NCBI RefSeq assembly: GCF_000025945.1
Contig: NC_006138.1
Span: forward strand, 3,150,001 to 3,182,000
DNA: 32,000 nt
Source of the DNA: Desulfotalea psychrophila LSv54
GTDB taxonomy: Bacteria > Desulfobacterota > Desulfobulbia > Desulfobulbales > Desulfocapsaceae
Reading direction: 5' to 3'
The notes under the pieces were generated by a model. That model saw nothing but the letters and a program-made list of their open reading frames with translations. It did no database searches and was not told the DNA's origin. Shown here one piece after another: positions 1 to 8,891 of the stretch; the stretch's first letter is position 1, and the number at the start of each line of letters is the position of its first letter. The position numbers were made by a program, and so were the translations under genes.

Positions 1-26
1 ATTATTGTAACCCACTACTATACCTT

Positions 27-67
27 AAAAAACAAAAAAGGCCCATATCACAGAAGCGATATGGGCC
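27..67 (-). terminator. Rho-independent terminator downstream of rpiB
   Basis: Perfect 10-bp inverted repeat GGCCCATATC (40-49) / GATATGGGCC (58-67) with an 8-nt loop. On the minus-strand transcript it is followed by a T-rich run (complement of A-run 27-39). Confidence 0.8.
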
Positions 68-89
68 CAAAGAGAGAAAAGCAATTCTT

Positions 90-518
90 TTAAATATCGC
101 TAAACTTGGTAATACGTTGTAAATGTCTTCCGCCAACAAATTCAGTAGTCAACCAGGTATGTAGAACCTGCTGAGCACGTTCAGGTGAAAGGACACGCGC
201 CCCCATACAAAGTATATTAGCATCATTATGCTCACGACTCATGGCAGCGGTATACTCATCATGACAGAGAGCCGCTCGAACAGATCTATTTCTATTTGCG
301 GCAATGGACATACCAATGCCTGTACCACAAATCAAAACGCCCCTATCCCCATGCTCCACAAGAGCATCGACTGCCCTCTGGGCATAATCCGGATAATCAA
401 CAGAGTCAAGGCTGTCACAGCCCACATCCTCAATGGTATGCCCCAGAGCTACAATCTTTTTCTTAAGCAACTCTTTTAACTCATAGCCACCATGGTCCGA
501 TGCAATTATTATATTCAC
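90..518 (-). CDS. rpiB: Ribose-5-phosphate isomerase B (RpiB/LacAB family)
   Basis: 142-aa ORF with family-typical IIIASDHGGYELK N-terminus and CGTGIGMSIAANR motif. GTG start preceded by an AAGGAA Shine-Dalgarno. rpiB downstream of fabF is a common arrangement. Confidence 0.9.
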   Translation of the reverse strand: MNIIIASDHGGYELKELLKKKIVALGHTIEDVGCDSLDSVDYPDYAQRAVDALVEHGDRGVLICGTGIGMSIAANRNRSVRAALCHDEYTAAMSREHNDANILCMGARVLSPERAQQVLHTWLTTEFVGGRHLQRITKFSDI

Positions 519-559
519 AACTATTCCTTTTCTAATTCAAGATGGAAGCGGGCGAGAAC

Positions 560-1804
560 CTACTCACCAATATACTGCTTCATTGCCACAACAGCATTGG
601 TACCACCAAAACCAAAAGAGTTGGAGATTGCGGCACGCATCTTCATCGAACGACCAACATTAGGAGTATAATCCAAGTCACACTCAGGACTTGGCTCCTG
701 CAAATTAATCGTTGGCAAAACAAATTGCTTATCAAGGCTCAGAGCTGTCAAGACAGCTTCAACACCACCTGTTGCCCCAAGCATATGGCCAAGCATTGAT
801 TTTGTCGAACTAATGGCAAGCTTATACGCATGTTCTCCAAAAACACTCTTTATTGCCCGAGTTTCACAACGATCATTCAGGGGAGTCGATGTACCATGGG
901 CATTGATATAATCAATATCCTCTGGCTGAAAACCTGCATCTTCAATGGCCATCTTCATTGCCCGAGCGCCACCCTCTCCATCTTCCGGAGGGGCTGTTAT
1001 ATGATATGCATCACTGCTCAAACCATAACCCGCCATCTCAGCATAAATCCGAGCACCTCTGGCAATGGCGTGTTCATAATCTTCGAGGATAAGCATTCCT
1101 GCACCCTCTGCCATAACAAAACCATCACGGTCCTTGTCAAAGGGACGGGAGGAAGCAGCAGGATCATCATTTCTGGTCGACAGAGCCTTAAGGGCGGTAA
1201 ACCCCCCAATCCCTGTAGGACAGATAACGGATTCAGTTCCACCAGCAACAATAGCAAGGCACTTACCTGAGCTCACCGCATTAAAGGCTTCACCCACGGC
1301 ATGAGTTCCAGCCGCACAGGCTGTGGTCAGAGCAAGATTTGGCCCTTTAGCCCCAATTCGCATAGATATATGGCCTGAAGGCATATTAGGGATGGCCATG
1401 GGGATAAAAAATGGAGAAATTTTACGCGGTCCCTTCTCCATAAACACCTGATGATATTTTTCAATCATAGGCAAACTTCCCATACCACAACCGGTAATAA
1501 CACCTACCCGCTCACAATTTTCCTCAGTTATCTCAAAGCCACTGTCTTTCAGGGCCATAACAGCAGCTGCCACACCATATTGAGCAAAAAGATCCATATG
1601 TTTGGCTGATTTTTTATCAAAAAAATCTTCTGCCTGGAAATCTTTTACTTCAGCAGCAATTTTAACGGCAAAGTCACTCGTATCAAAACGCGTAATAGTA
1701 TCAATACCACTCTTTCCTGCACACAAATTTTCCCAGGTTTTCTCAACCCCCGTACCAAGAGGCGTAACAAGACCCACACCGGTGACAACAACTCTACGCT
1801 TCAC
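560..1804 (-). CDS. fabF: 3-oxoacyl-ACP synthase II (KAS II)
   Basis: 414 aa. Active-site Cys context TTACAAGTHA, catalytic His motifs HGTSTPLND and KSMLGHMLGA, C-terminal SFGFGGTNA. GTG start with an AAAGGAG SD. Confidence 0.95.
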   Translation of the reverse strand: MKRRVVVTGVGLVTPLGTGVEKTWENLCAGKSGIDTITRFDTSDFAVKIAAEVKDFQAEDFFDKKSAKHMDLFAQYGVAAAVMALKDSGFEITEENCERVGVITGCGMGSLPMIEKYHQVFMEKGPRKISPFFIPMAIPNMPSGHISMRIGAKGPNLALTTACAAGTHAVGEAFNAVSSGKCLAIVAGGTESVICPTGIGGFTALKALSTRNDDPAASSRPFDKDRDGFVMAEGAGMLILEDYEHAIARGARIYAEMAGYGLSSDAYHITAPPEDGEGGARAMKMAIEDAGFQPEDIDYINAHGTSTPLNDRCETRAIKSVFGEHAYKLAISSTKSMLGHMLGATGGVEAVLTALSLDKQFVLPTINLQEPSPECDLDYTPNVGRSMKMRAAISNSFGFGGTNAVVAMKQYIGE

Positions 1805-1910
1805 GATAAGAACTCCTTTTATATTTTCCTACCCTCGTTATCTCTTTACAAACGACCTTTAAAGCATCCCAAGGCATGAACTCATAAAATTACTGCTGAA
1901 AATAGCAACC

Positions 1911-2138
1911 TTACTTGTTGCTTACGTAATCAATTGCATCCTGAACAGTCGCAATTTTTTCTGCATCTTCATCAGGAATTTCAATATCATAACCTTCTTC
2001 CATTGCCATGATCAACTCAACAAGATCAAGAGAATCAGCACCCAAATCATCAACAAAAGATGCCTTGGCAACAACTTTCTCTTTCTCAACACTCAACTGT
2101 TCTACGATAATATCAACCATTTTTTCATCTAAAGCCAT
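1911..2138 (-). CDS. acpP: Acyl carrier protein
   Basis: 75 aa with the [11 protein letters not shown] phosphopantetheine-attachment motif. Lies between fabG and fabF. Confidence 0.97.
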   Translation of the reverse strand: MALDEKMVDIIVEQLSVEKEKVVAKASFVDDLGADSLDLVELIMAMEEGYDIEIPDEDAEKIATVQDAIDYVSNK

Positions 2139-2210
2139 CTTACCATTCTCCTCAAATTTTTAATTAAAGCAAGTCTCAATTATAAAAAAATATAGACTTT
2201 TTGTATAGTC

Positions 2211-2954
2211 TTACATGTACATGCCGCCATTCACATGGAGCGTTTGCCCCGTGAGATAGCGACCGTCTTCTGAGACAAGGTAGGCAACAGCAGCGGCAAT
2301 ATCTTCCGTGCGGCCAAAAGATCCAAGAGGAATCTCTGCTTTAATTTTCTCTTGAATCTTCTCATCTAATTCTTCTGTCATTTCAGTGACAACATAACCG
2401 GGAGCAACACAGTTAACGGTAATATTTCGAGCAGCATATTCACGTGCCATGGACTTACTAAAACCAACAAGTCCTGCCTTGGCAGCGGCATAATTTGCCT
2501 GTCCTGCATTACCGGCAAAACCGATCACAGAGGATATATTTACAATTCTGCCCCATCTCTTTTTCATCATAAAACGGGCAGCAGCCTTAGAACAAAGAAA
2601 CGCACCCTTGAGATTAGTATCAAGCACCGCATCCCAATCGGCCTCTTTCATTCGGGCAAGAAGACCATCACGGGTTATACCCGCATTATTTACCAAAATA
2701 TCAATGGCTCCGGCATCGGCAACAATTTGATTCAAACTCTCCTGAACCTTTTCCCCATCGGCAACATTAAAGCCAATGATCTCAGCCTTACCACCAGCCT
2801 TTTCTATCAGTTCTTTTGTTTCAATGGCAGCATCCGGGCGACTCACGTAGTTGATATACACAAGAGCTCCCATACCGGCAAGACGCAGGGCTATGCCACG
2901 ACCTATTCCTCGACTGCCACCTGTCACTACAGCTATTTTTCCGTCAAGAATCAC
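2211..2954 (-). CDS. fabG: 3-oxoacyl-ACP reductase (SDR family)
   Basis: SDR motifs TGGSRGIG, NNAG and YAAAKAG. The ORF track starts at TTG 2975. GTG at 2954 gives the canonical MILDGKIAVVTGG N-terminus and sits 7 nt after an AGAGGA SD, so I prefer it. Confidence 0.92.
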   Translation of the reverse strand: MILDGKIAVVTGGSRGIGRGIALRLAGMGALVYINYVSRPDAAIETKELIEKAGGKAEIIGFNVADGEKVQESLNQIVADAGAIDILVNNAGITRDGLLARMKEADWDAVLDTNLKGAFLCSKAAARFMMKKRWGRIVNISSVIGFAGNAGQANYAAAKAGLVGFSKSMAREYAARNITVNCVAPGYVVTEMTEELDEKIQEKIKAEIPLGSFGRTEDIAAAVAYLVSEDGRYLTGQTLHVNGGMYM

Positions 2955-3696
2955 AAGATTTTCCTCTTTTTTCAAGTCTTCTAATCAACTCAGGCAAGAT
3001 TTCTTCGACCCTACCAACAATGCCATAGTCAGCCACTGTAAATATGACAGCATCCCTATCACTTTTTATTGCCACAACTTTTTCCGCACCTAATATGCTA
3101 GAAACATGTTGAATAGAGCCAGAAATACCACAGGCTAAATAAAATTTAGGAGAAACAGTTTTACCCGTCTGACCTATCTGCACACTGGCAGGAAAACAGC
3201 CATTATCAACAGCAAAACGGGAAGCGCCAACCACGGCCTCCATTGCCGCCGACAGTATATACACCAGCTTGGCATTTTTTTCACTTCTTAATCCAGCACC
3301 AGCTGGCACAATAATATCGCTATCCTCTACAGATAATCCTTTCTGAAAAAAACGCACTGATTTTAACAGGCGAGCAGATGTCGCCCCAGCAAGGACAATT
3401 GCAGACCTATATTCCTGAATAAATTCAGTTAAAATAATACGATAATTTCCCTCATTAAAATACCGAATATGTGGATCGTTTACCACAAAAACTTTATCGG
3501 CACCATAACGAATCAACTTATCTTGATCAGCAACAGTAATCTCACCCATGGCAATTGCCATAAGATCTGTCCCCGCCTTGTCAGCCAGCTCTCTGCCCAC
3601 CCCGAGAAATTTCAGGGCAACCGAGGCCACGACCTCAACATCCAATTCAAAAAAGACAAGCACCCCGCGGCAATCACTCAGATCAGCTACTCCCAA
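2944..3696 (-). pseudogene. Decayed electron transfer flavoprotein alpha-subunit gene (etfA-like relic)
   Basis: The translation keeps ETF-alpha landmarks: ADKVFVV, VLAGATS, GASRFAVDNG, QIGQTGKTVSPKFYLACGISGSIQH, VADYGIVG. My mental alignment to typical EtfA suggests roughly 75-110 aa are missing between the N-terminal domain and the FAD-binding domain. Several normally invariant residues are changed. The only start is TTG with no SD. The same frame runs upstream into a TAG at 3754-3756. Confidence 0.7.
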
Positions 3697-3753
3697 GGAG
3701 CTCTTTTCACTCTCTATGAAAGAAACAGGGAAGACAACAGGTTCAGCTACTTC

Positions 3754-4120
3754 CTAACCAACAAAGAGCATAACCAGTAGGGGCTCCTTCAGTAGATCGT
3801 AAGCAACAGACATCTTTCTCTCCACAAGCAGACGACCAGATTCACCGATCTCTATCCTGGTAGCCAGCCTAGCAAAGACTATGCTCAAATGAAAGGCAGG
3901 CAGGACCCACTTGAGCTGTATCTCCAGCAACGGCCTGTTTACCGCAGAGAATTAAATCGTAGGGACCACGCAAAGTAAGTGTTTTTGAAAGGGCATAGGA
4001 AGTTGCAAGGGTGTCTGAACCGGCAAATTCTACCCCATCACATAAAAGAGTGTCCGTCTCTGGAACAAGACGAATCTTTTCGGTATCAGGAACCTGTTTT
4101 ATACAGACAGCTATACGCAT
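3754..4120 (-). pseudogene. Decayed electron transfer flavoprotein beta-subunit gene (etfB-like relic)
   Basis: The N-terminus MRIAVCIKQVPDTEKIRLVPETDTL and the FAGSDTLATSYAL...DLILCGKQAVAGDTAQVGP block are ETF-beta hallmarks. They are joined directly, which implies an in-frame deletion of about 60-70 aa. After QVGP the homologous sequence (LATRIEIGESGRLLVERKMSVAYDLLKEPLLVM) continues in a different frame and ends at TAG 3754-3756. The C-terminal third is absent. There is no SD upstream of ATG 4120. Confidence 0.7.
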
Positions 4121-4153
4121 GGAATTTGCAAAAATAGTCGCTAGAAAAGCGAA

Positions 4154-5128
4154 CTACCAACGAATAAGGCTCGCACCCCAGGTGAATCCTCCACCAAATG
4201 AGCAAAGAAGCACAAGGTCGCCTGATTCAATTTTACCACCGCGTACCGCTTCATCAAGGGCAATGGGCACAGAGGCAGCAGAGGTATTTCCATAGTTAGC
4301 AATGTTGACAAAAACCTGCTCGGAACTCAATCCTAAACGCTCACCAAGATTTTTGATAATACGAATATTCGCCTGATGGGGAATAAGTAACTTAATTTCG
4401 TGAGGAGAGACACCAACCTCTTCCATTATGGTATTAACCGCACCTTCCATCGCCCGCACGGCATGCTTGAAAACTTCACGGCCCTCCATATGAATATGGC
4501 TTCCCTCATACTCACCTAATCGCAGATCAGTGTTCGTGCTCTCGGAACCACTGAGAAACAATATGTCACCAAAAGAACCATCGGAGAAGAGCTTAGAGGC
4601 AAGAATCCCCCTATCTCCTTCTTCATAACCGATAACAGCAGCTCCGGCACCATCGGCAAAAATAATACTGGTGTTTCTATCCTGCTGATTTGTTCTCGCA
4701 GAAAGAGTCTCAGTACCAATACAAAGCACTTTCATGGCAGGATTAGTCGCCACGTATTTTGAACCAACCTCCATGGCATATAAAAAGCCGGAACAGGCGG
4801 CATTCACATCGAAGGCAAATGCTTTTTTAGCACCAATTTCTTGCTGTATCATACAGGCACAGGAAGGCATAACCATATGAGCGCTGATTGTTCCCACCAC
4901 GATCATATCAAGATCTTCGGCCACAAGCCCGGCTGCGTCGAGAGCATTTTTGGCAGCACGACTGGCAAGAATATAAGCCTGTTCTCCAGGGCCTGCTATG
5001 CGACGTTCACAAATACCTGTTCTTGTTCTGATCCACTCATCATTGGTCTCAACAATTTTTTCAAGATCTTTGTTGGTCACAATCTTCTCTGGCAAACAAG
5101 AGCCTGTTCCAAGAATCACTACACTCAT
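4154..5128 (-). CDS. fabH: 3-oxoacyl-ACP synthase III (KAS III)
   Basis: 324 aa. Active-site Cys in NAACSGFLYA, with HQANIRI and NYGNTSAASVP motifs. ATGA start/stop overlap with plsX suggests translational coupling. Confidence 0.94.
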   Translation of the reverse strand: MSVVILGTGSCLPEKIVTNKDLEKIVETNDEWIRTRTGICERRIAGPGEQAYILASRAAKNALDAAGLVAEDLDMIVVGTISAHMVMPSCACMIQQEIGAKKAFAFDVNAACSGFLYAMEVGSKYVATNPAMKVLCIGTETLSARTNQQDRNTSIIFADGAGAAVIGYEEGDRGILASKLFSDGSFGDILFLSGSESTNTDLRLGEYEGSHIHMEGREVFKHAVRAMEGAVNTIMEEVGVSPHEIKLLIPHQANIRIIKNLGERLGLSSEQVFVNIANYGNTSAASVPIALDEAVRGGKIESGDLVLLCSFGGGFTWGASLIRW

Positions 5129-6146
5129 GAGCTACATCCACCACTGTTTTGTTCTTCTAATGCGAGGCCTTCAAGAATGGCTTGACCCACATGATGACGT
5201 TCCATATTTATGGCTTCAAGAATAGCATTCTTAATTGCCCGGGCATTGGACTTACCATGGGAGACAATACCAGTACCATTAATGCCAAGAAGCGGTGCTC
5301 CACCATACTCTGTGTAGTCTACTCGCTTTTTAAAGGCCTTAAAGGCAGGTCTTGCCAAGAGATAACCTATTTTGGCAAGCGTCGATTTCATAATTTCATC
5401 ACGCAACATCTGCATCGCAGCATCAGCCAATCCTTCACTGATCTTTAAACAGACATTACCAACAAAACCATCACAAATAATAACATCTACATTGCCTTGA
5501 TATACGTCTCTTCCTTCAACATTACCGATAAAGTTCAGGGAACTATCAGCAAGTAGCTGATGTGTCTCCTTCACAAGGGCATTGCCCTTTCCTGACTCCT
5601 CTCCATTAGAGAGAAGACCAATAGTTGGATTTTTTATACCATGAATACAGGAGTAGGCAGAGGCCATTACACCAAACTGAAACAGATGAAGCGGTTTACA
5701 GTCAACATTGGCTCCGATATCCATAAGAACAACAGGCTTTTTCAAGGTAGGAAAAGTCGAGGCGATTCCCGGGCGAGCAACACCCTTTAATCGACCAAGT
5801 TTACGCATGCCTGCGGCAAGGGTAGCGCCTGAATTACCGGCACTTACCACCGCATTAGCCCTGCCCTGTTTAACCAGATCAAAGGCTACGACAATGGATG
5901 CATCCTTCTTTTTACGAATAGCATCAACAGGATGTTCGTTCATCTCAATAACCTGAGATGAACGAACAATATCTATCCGTGAAAGCGCTTTAGAAGAAGG
6001 CACAGTACATCCAGGGCAGACTGAAGCTTCGCCTCATCTCCGACCAGAAGTACCTTAACATCTGCCTCTTCTACAGCTAGCAATGCCCCGGCTATCAGTT
6101 CCTTCGATCCATGGTCTCCGCCCATGGCGTCCAGGGCTATTTGCAC
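5125..6146 (-). CDS. plsX: Phosphate acyltransferase PlsX, reading frame interrupted by an apparent 1-nt frameshift near 5976-6010
   Basis: The tracked ORF 5125-6003 covers the PlsX core (VVSAGNSGA, GANVDCKP, GFVGNV, GGAPLLG). The missing N-terminus (V)QIALDAMGGDHGSKELIAGALLAVEEADVKVLLVGDEAKLQSALDVL is encoded from GTG 6146 in another frame, which stops at 5973-5975. Total span is 1022 nt, one short of a multiple of 3. Confidence 0.85.
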
Positions 6147-6155
6147 GTCAGACCC

Positions 6156-6344
6156 CTACTCTACTTCAGCTTCAAGACTAAATACTTCGCGCTTGTTGTA
6201 CTTACCGCAACTTCCGCAAAGACGATGCGGCTCTTTTGGCTCTCCACACTCAGAGCAAAGAGAAAGTGCTGGTGCACTCAGGGCATCATGTGAACGTCTT
6301 AGGCGAGTTCGTGAACGGGAATGTCTTCTCTTAGGTACGGCCAT
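6156..6344 (-). CDS. rpmF: 50S ribosomal protein L32
   Basis: 62 aa with an MAVPKRRHSRSR N-terminus and a CxxC...CxxC zinc ribbon. Canonical position upstream of plsX. Confidence 0.95.
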   Translation of the reverse strand: MAVPKRRHSRSRTRLRRSHDALSAPALSLCSECGEPKEPHRLCGSCGKYNKREVFSLEAEVE

Positions 6345-6386
6345 GGTTTTCCTCCAATTAGCAACTACTTCTAGTAAATCCAGCGA

Positions 6387-6902
6387 CTAGCGCTGTGAAA
6401 GTTTCTTTAAAACAGCAAACGGCGATGTCGAATCATAGGGGCTACACTGGCACTTCTGCTCATTAAGCAAAACTCCGCAACCAGCACAGATCCCTTTACA
6501 ATCTTCCCTGCATTCCACCCGCAAGGGCAAAGATAGTTCAGCCTGCTCACGCAGGAGTTCTTCAACATCAACAACCGGTTCTTCTAGATAAACAGTCATA
6601 AGATCATCCACTTCAAACTCGACTTCTGCTAAGTCTGAGATGATCTCTTCTTTAGTTGTAAGGGTATAGGCAAATTCACTTTGAATAGCAAGATTAACCT
6701 TCTCACCACAACTAACACATGTTCCGACACAGCATCCTGTTAAGCTACCTGCCAGTACAACCGCTTCATTGTTTTGACGAACAACCGAGTAGTGAGCAAC
6801 AAGTTCCCCACCGACCAGTTCTTCAGGCCAACTATACCATCCCGTATTTTCACAAGAAAAAACACGAGAAGCACCTACTATTTCACTAAAATCAAGTTTC
6901 AT
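6387..6902 (-). CDS. yceD: YceD/DUF177 family protein (23S rRNA accumulation protein-like)
   Basis: 171 aa, acidic, with Cys pairs CVSCGE and CAGCG...CQC. Conserved position immediately upstream of rpmF. Confidence 0.8.
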   Translation of the reverse strand: MKLDFSEIVGASRVFSCENTGWYSWPEELVGGELVAHYSVVRQNNEAVVLAGSLTGCCVGTCVSCGEKVNLAIQSEFAYTLTTKEEIISDLAEVEFEVDDLMTVYLEEPVVDVEELLREQAELSLPLRVECREDCKGICAGCGVLLNEQKCQCSPYDSTSPFAVLKKLSQR

Positions 6903-7210
6903 TTTCCCTCAAAACAACTCAAAAATCTTTATGATAAAAGACAAAGACTAACAAAATAATCAATTTCCCCAACAATGACCAGAAAAAAATGACATATGAA
7001 AAAAGATTCTTTCCTCTTTCACGTTTCACAGTCTCTGGGAAAAACTACTGACAAAAGCTTACCTCTATTTTATTATCCTCTCATCACAAGCTTTTAAGCA
7101 CAAATCTCGCAATAAAGAAAGCTTCTATTCGTCATGTGTCTGTACAATAACAAAAAAATCCTGTAAATCAAGATGGTCAGATACTCTAATTCAACTTACA
7201 ACGGTCAACT

Positions 7211-8335
7211 ATGAAGCAAGAAAATATTATTTCCACTACTGAAGATCTCAAAAAAATAGTAAACAAGGCCCTTAAGCTCGATGCCGTAGGTCTCGATACC
7301 GAATTTGTCTGGGAGAGAACATACTACCCGCAACTAGGCCTGATCCAGATAGCCCTCTCCGACGAAGAATGTTATGCCATCGACCCTCTATCCATAAAAG
7401 ACCTCAGCCCACTAGGAGAGCTTTTGGCAGATAGAAACACCATTAAAATATTACACGATGCGCCTCAGGACTTAATAATCATGAGCCAGGCAACGGGGGC
7501 GACACCACAAAATATTTTTGACACAAGACTTGCGGCAGGATTTGCCGGTTCCATCTCAACCATATCATTACTCCAGCTAGTCAGCGAACAACTTGAAACA
7601 GAACTCGATAAAAGCGAGACCCGAACAAACTGGCTGAAAAGACCTCTCACAGAAAAGCAGCTCAGCTACTCGCTCAACGACGTACGCTACCTACGGGCAA
7701 CACGAGTAATTCTCCTCAGCAAAATCATTGGCCCCAAGATCAAATCCTGGCTCCAAGAAGAGCTCAATCTACTAAATAACCCAGCTAACTACAGCACCAT
7801 AGCCGACGAAAGCCGCTACAAGAAAGTAAAGGGCGTCAACAAGCTAGACAGAAAATCCATAGGCGTTGCCCAAGAGATTGCCACCTGGCGAGAACAGAAA
7901 GCACGGGAACTTAACCGGCCAAGGGGCCATGTAATCAAAGACGACATCCTGCTTGAGATCGCAGCAATAAGACCAACACGCCCAGAAGAACTTGCCAACA
8001 CGGCAATCAGCACCAAAGCAGCAGAGAGATATGGCAACGATATATGCCAGGCAACAGCCAGAGCTCTTAATAAGAAAGAGGTCGACCTTCCGCACCAACA
8101 GAAGAGAAGCCAACTCTCCTCCCAGGAAAAAGGTGCTCTGGCACAGCTCAAAGAGCTTATCACCCTTAAATGCGACATTCTGGGCATCGACCCGGCTCTA
8201 CTTGGTAACAGTAACGAACTGAAAAAAATCATCCAGACACTTTATAAGGGCAAGACTACCCATATGAGACAATCCTTTGGTTGGCGAAAAGAATTCCTTA
8301 AAGATTTCTATCAAATTCACAGAGACACCATCTAA
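7211..8335 (+). CDS. rnd: Ribonuclease D (DEDD 3'-5' exonuclease plus HRDC domain)
   Basis: 374 aa. Exo motifs VGLDTEF, ILHDAPQDL and YSLNDVRYL, then an HRDC-like region (VAQEIATWREQKARELNRPRGHVIKDDILLEIA). Confidence 0.85.
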   Translation: MKQENIISTTEDLKKIVNKALKLDAVGLDTEFVWERTYYPQLGLIQIALSDEECYAIDPLSIKDLSPLGELLADRNTIKILHDAPQDLIIMSQATGATPQNIFDTRLAAGFAGSISTISLLQLVSEQLETELDKSETRTNWLKRPLTEKQLSYSLNDVRYLRATRVILLSKIIGPKIKSWLQEELNLLNNPANYSTIADESRYKKVKGVNKLDRKSIGVAQEIATWREQKARELNRPRGHVIKDDILLEIAAIRPTRPEELANTAISTKAAERYGNDICQATARALNKKEVDLPHQQKRSQLSSQEKGALAQLKELITLKCDILGIDPALLGNSNELKKIIQTLYKGKTTHMRQSFGWRKEFLKDFYQIHRDTI

Positions 8336-8349
8336 CAAAAATTTTGCCG

Positions 8350-8643
8350 ATGACAACTTTTGAAAAAATCTACAGCCTCTTTTCTATTTTTTTCGTGCTC
8401 GGCCTTGCCGCAGCACTCGCCCTGAATCCGGAGCTACGCCAACTGAAACCAATGCTCATCCTTGCCAGCACCGGATTTTTCATCAACATTGGCTATATGT
8501 TTGTTGTATTACGCAACATAATGTGCAAAAGTAACTTCAGACAAAAAGATAAATTTTTTTGGATTGCACTTATCCTGATAATTTGGCCGGCTAGCATTAT
8601 TTACCTGATACTATACGGATTCCAAAAAAACATAACATCTTAG
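8350..8643 (+). CDS. Small integral membrane protein (3 predicted TM helices, PLD_N-like C-terminal helix)
   Basis: ORF 8344-8643, with ATG at 8350 preferred over TTG 8344. Three hydrophobic segments. The KFFWIALILIIWPASIIYLILY segment resembles the small cardiolipin-synthase N-terminal-type membrane domain. The function assignment is weak. Confidence 0.55.
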   Translation: MTTFEKIYSLFSIFFVLGLAAALALNPELRQLKPMLILASTGFFINIGYMFVVLRNIMCKSNFRQKDKFFWIALILIIWPASIIYLILYGFQKNITS

Positions 8644-8698
8644 TCTTTTCCTCACACAAAAAGGGGGACTACTTTTTTTAAAGAAGAGTGCTGACTGC

Positions 8699-8727
8699 TT
8701 GACTTATCGGTAAGCACAAAGTAAGAT
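8699..8727 (+). promoter_or_regulatory. Candidate sigma70-type promoter upstream of ffh
   Basis: TTGACT (8699-8704), 17-nt spacer, TAAGAT (8722-8727). It lies about 165 nt upstream of the ffh ATG. Based on sequence pattern only. Confidence 0.4.
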
Positions 8728-8891
8728 GGCTGTTTTTTGTACTAGTTACATTGCATTTATTTTATTATGTAATGAAGATATGGTGATTTTATTTCCATAT
8801 TCATTTTATGTGTATAAGTGCAAAGTGGTGGGTTCATTTTTTCTGCCGAACTCATAATTGCCACACAATACAATACAGGGCTACACGAACT

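Noticed and set aside
2955-2975. TTG 2975 as the fabG start (adds MKKEENL)
   Set aside because: GTG 2954 follows a strong AGAGGA SD at ideal spacing and yields the canonical FabG N-terminus. The longer form would place the SD inside the coding sequence.
2944-3696. The intact 250-aa ORF as a functional short ETF-alpha-like protein
   Set aside because: - It starts only at TTG and has no SD.
- It lacks a large internal segment relative to EtfA and has substitutions at conserved FAD-domain positions.
- Its obligate partner gene (etfB) is frameshifted and truncated.

A relic is the more economical reading, although only comparative data can settle it.
5973-6036. Programmed -1 ribosomal frameshifting in plsX
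   Set aside because: The overlap of the two frames contains no X-XXY-YYZ slippery heptamer, and I see no downstream stem-loop or pseudoknot. No precedent for recoding in plsX is known to me. An indel, real or artefactual, is more likely.
8808-8891. N-terminal extension of ffh given by the ORF track (MCISAKWWVHFFCRTHNCH...)
   Set aside because: The extension is Cys/His/Trp-rich, non-homologous to Ffh, and lies in AT-rich promoter-like DNA. The canonical Ffh N-terminus MFENLTDRL begins at ATG 8892.
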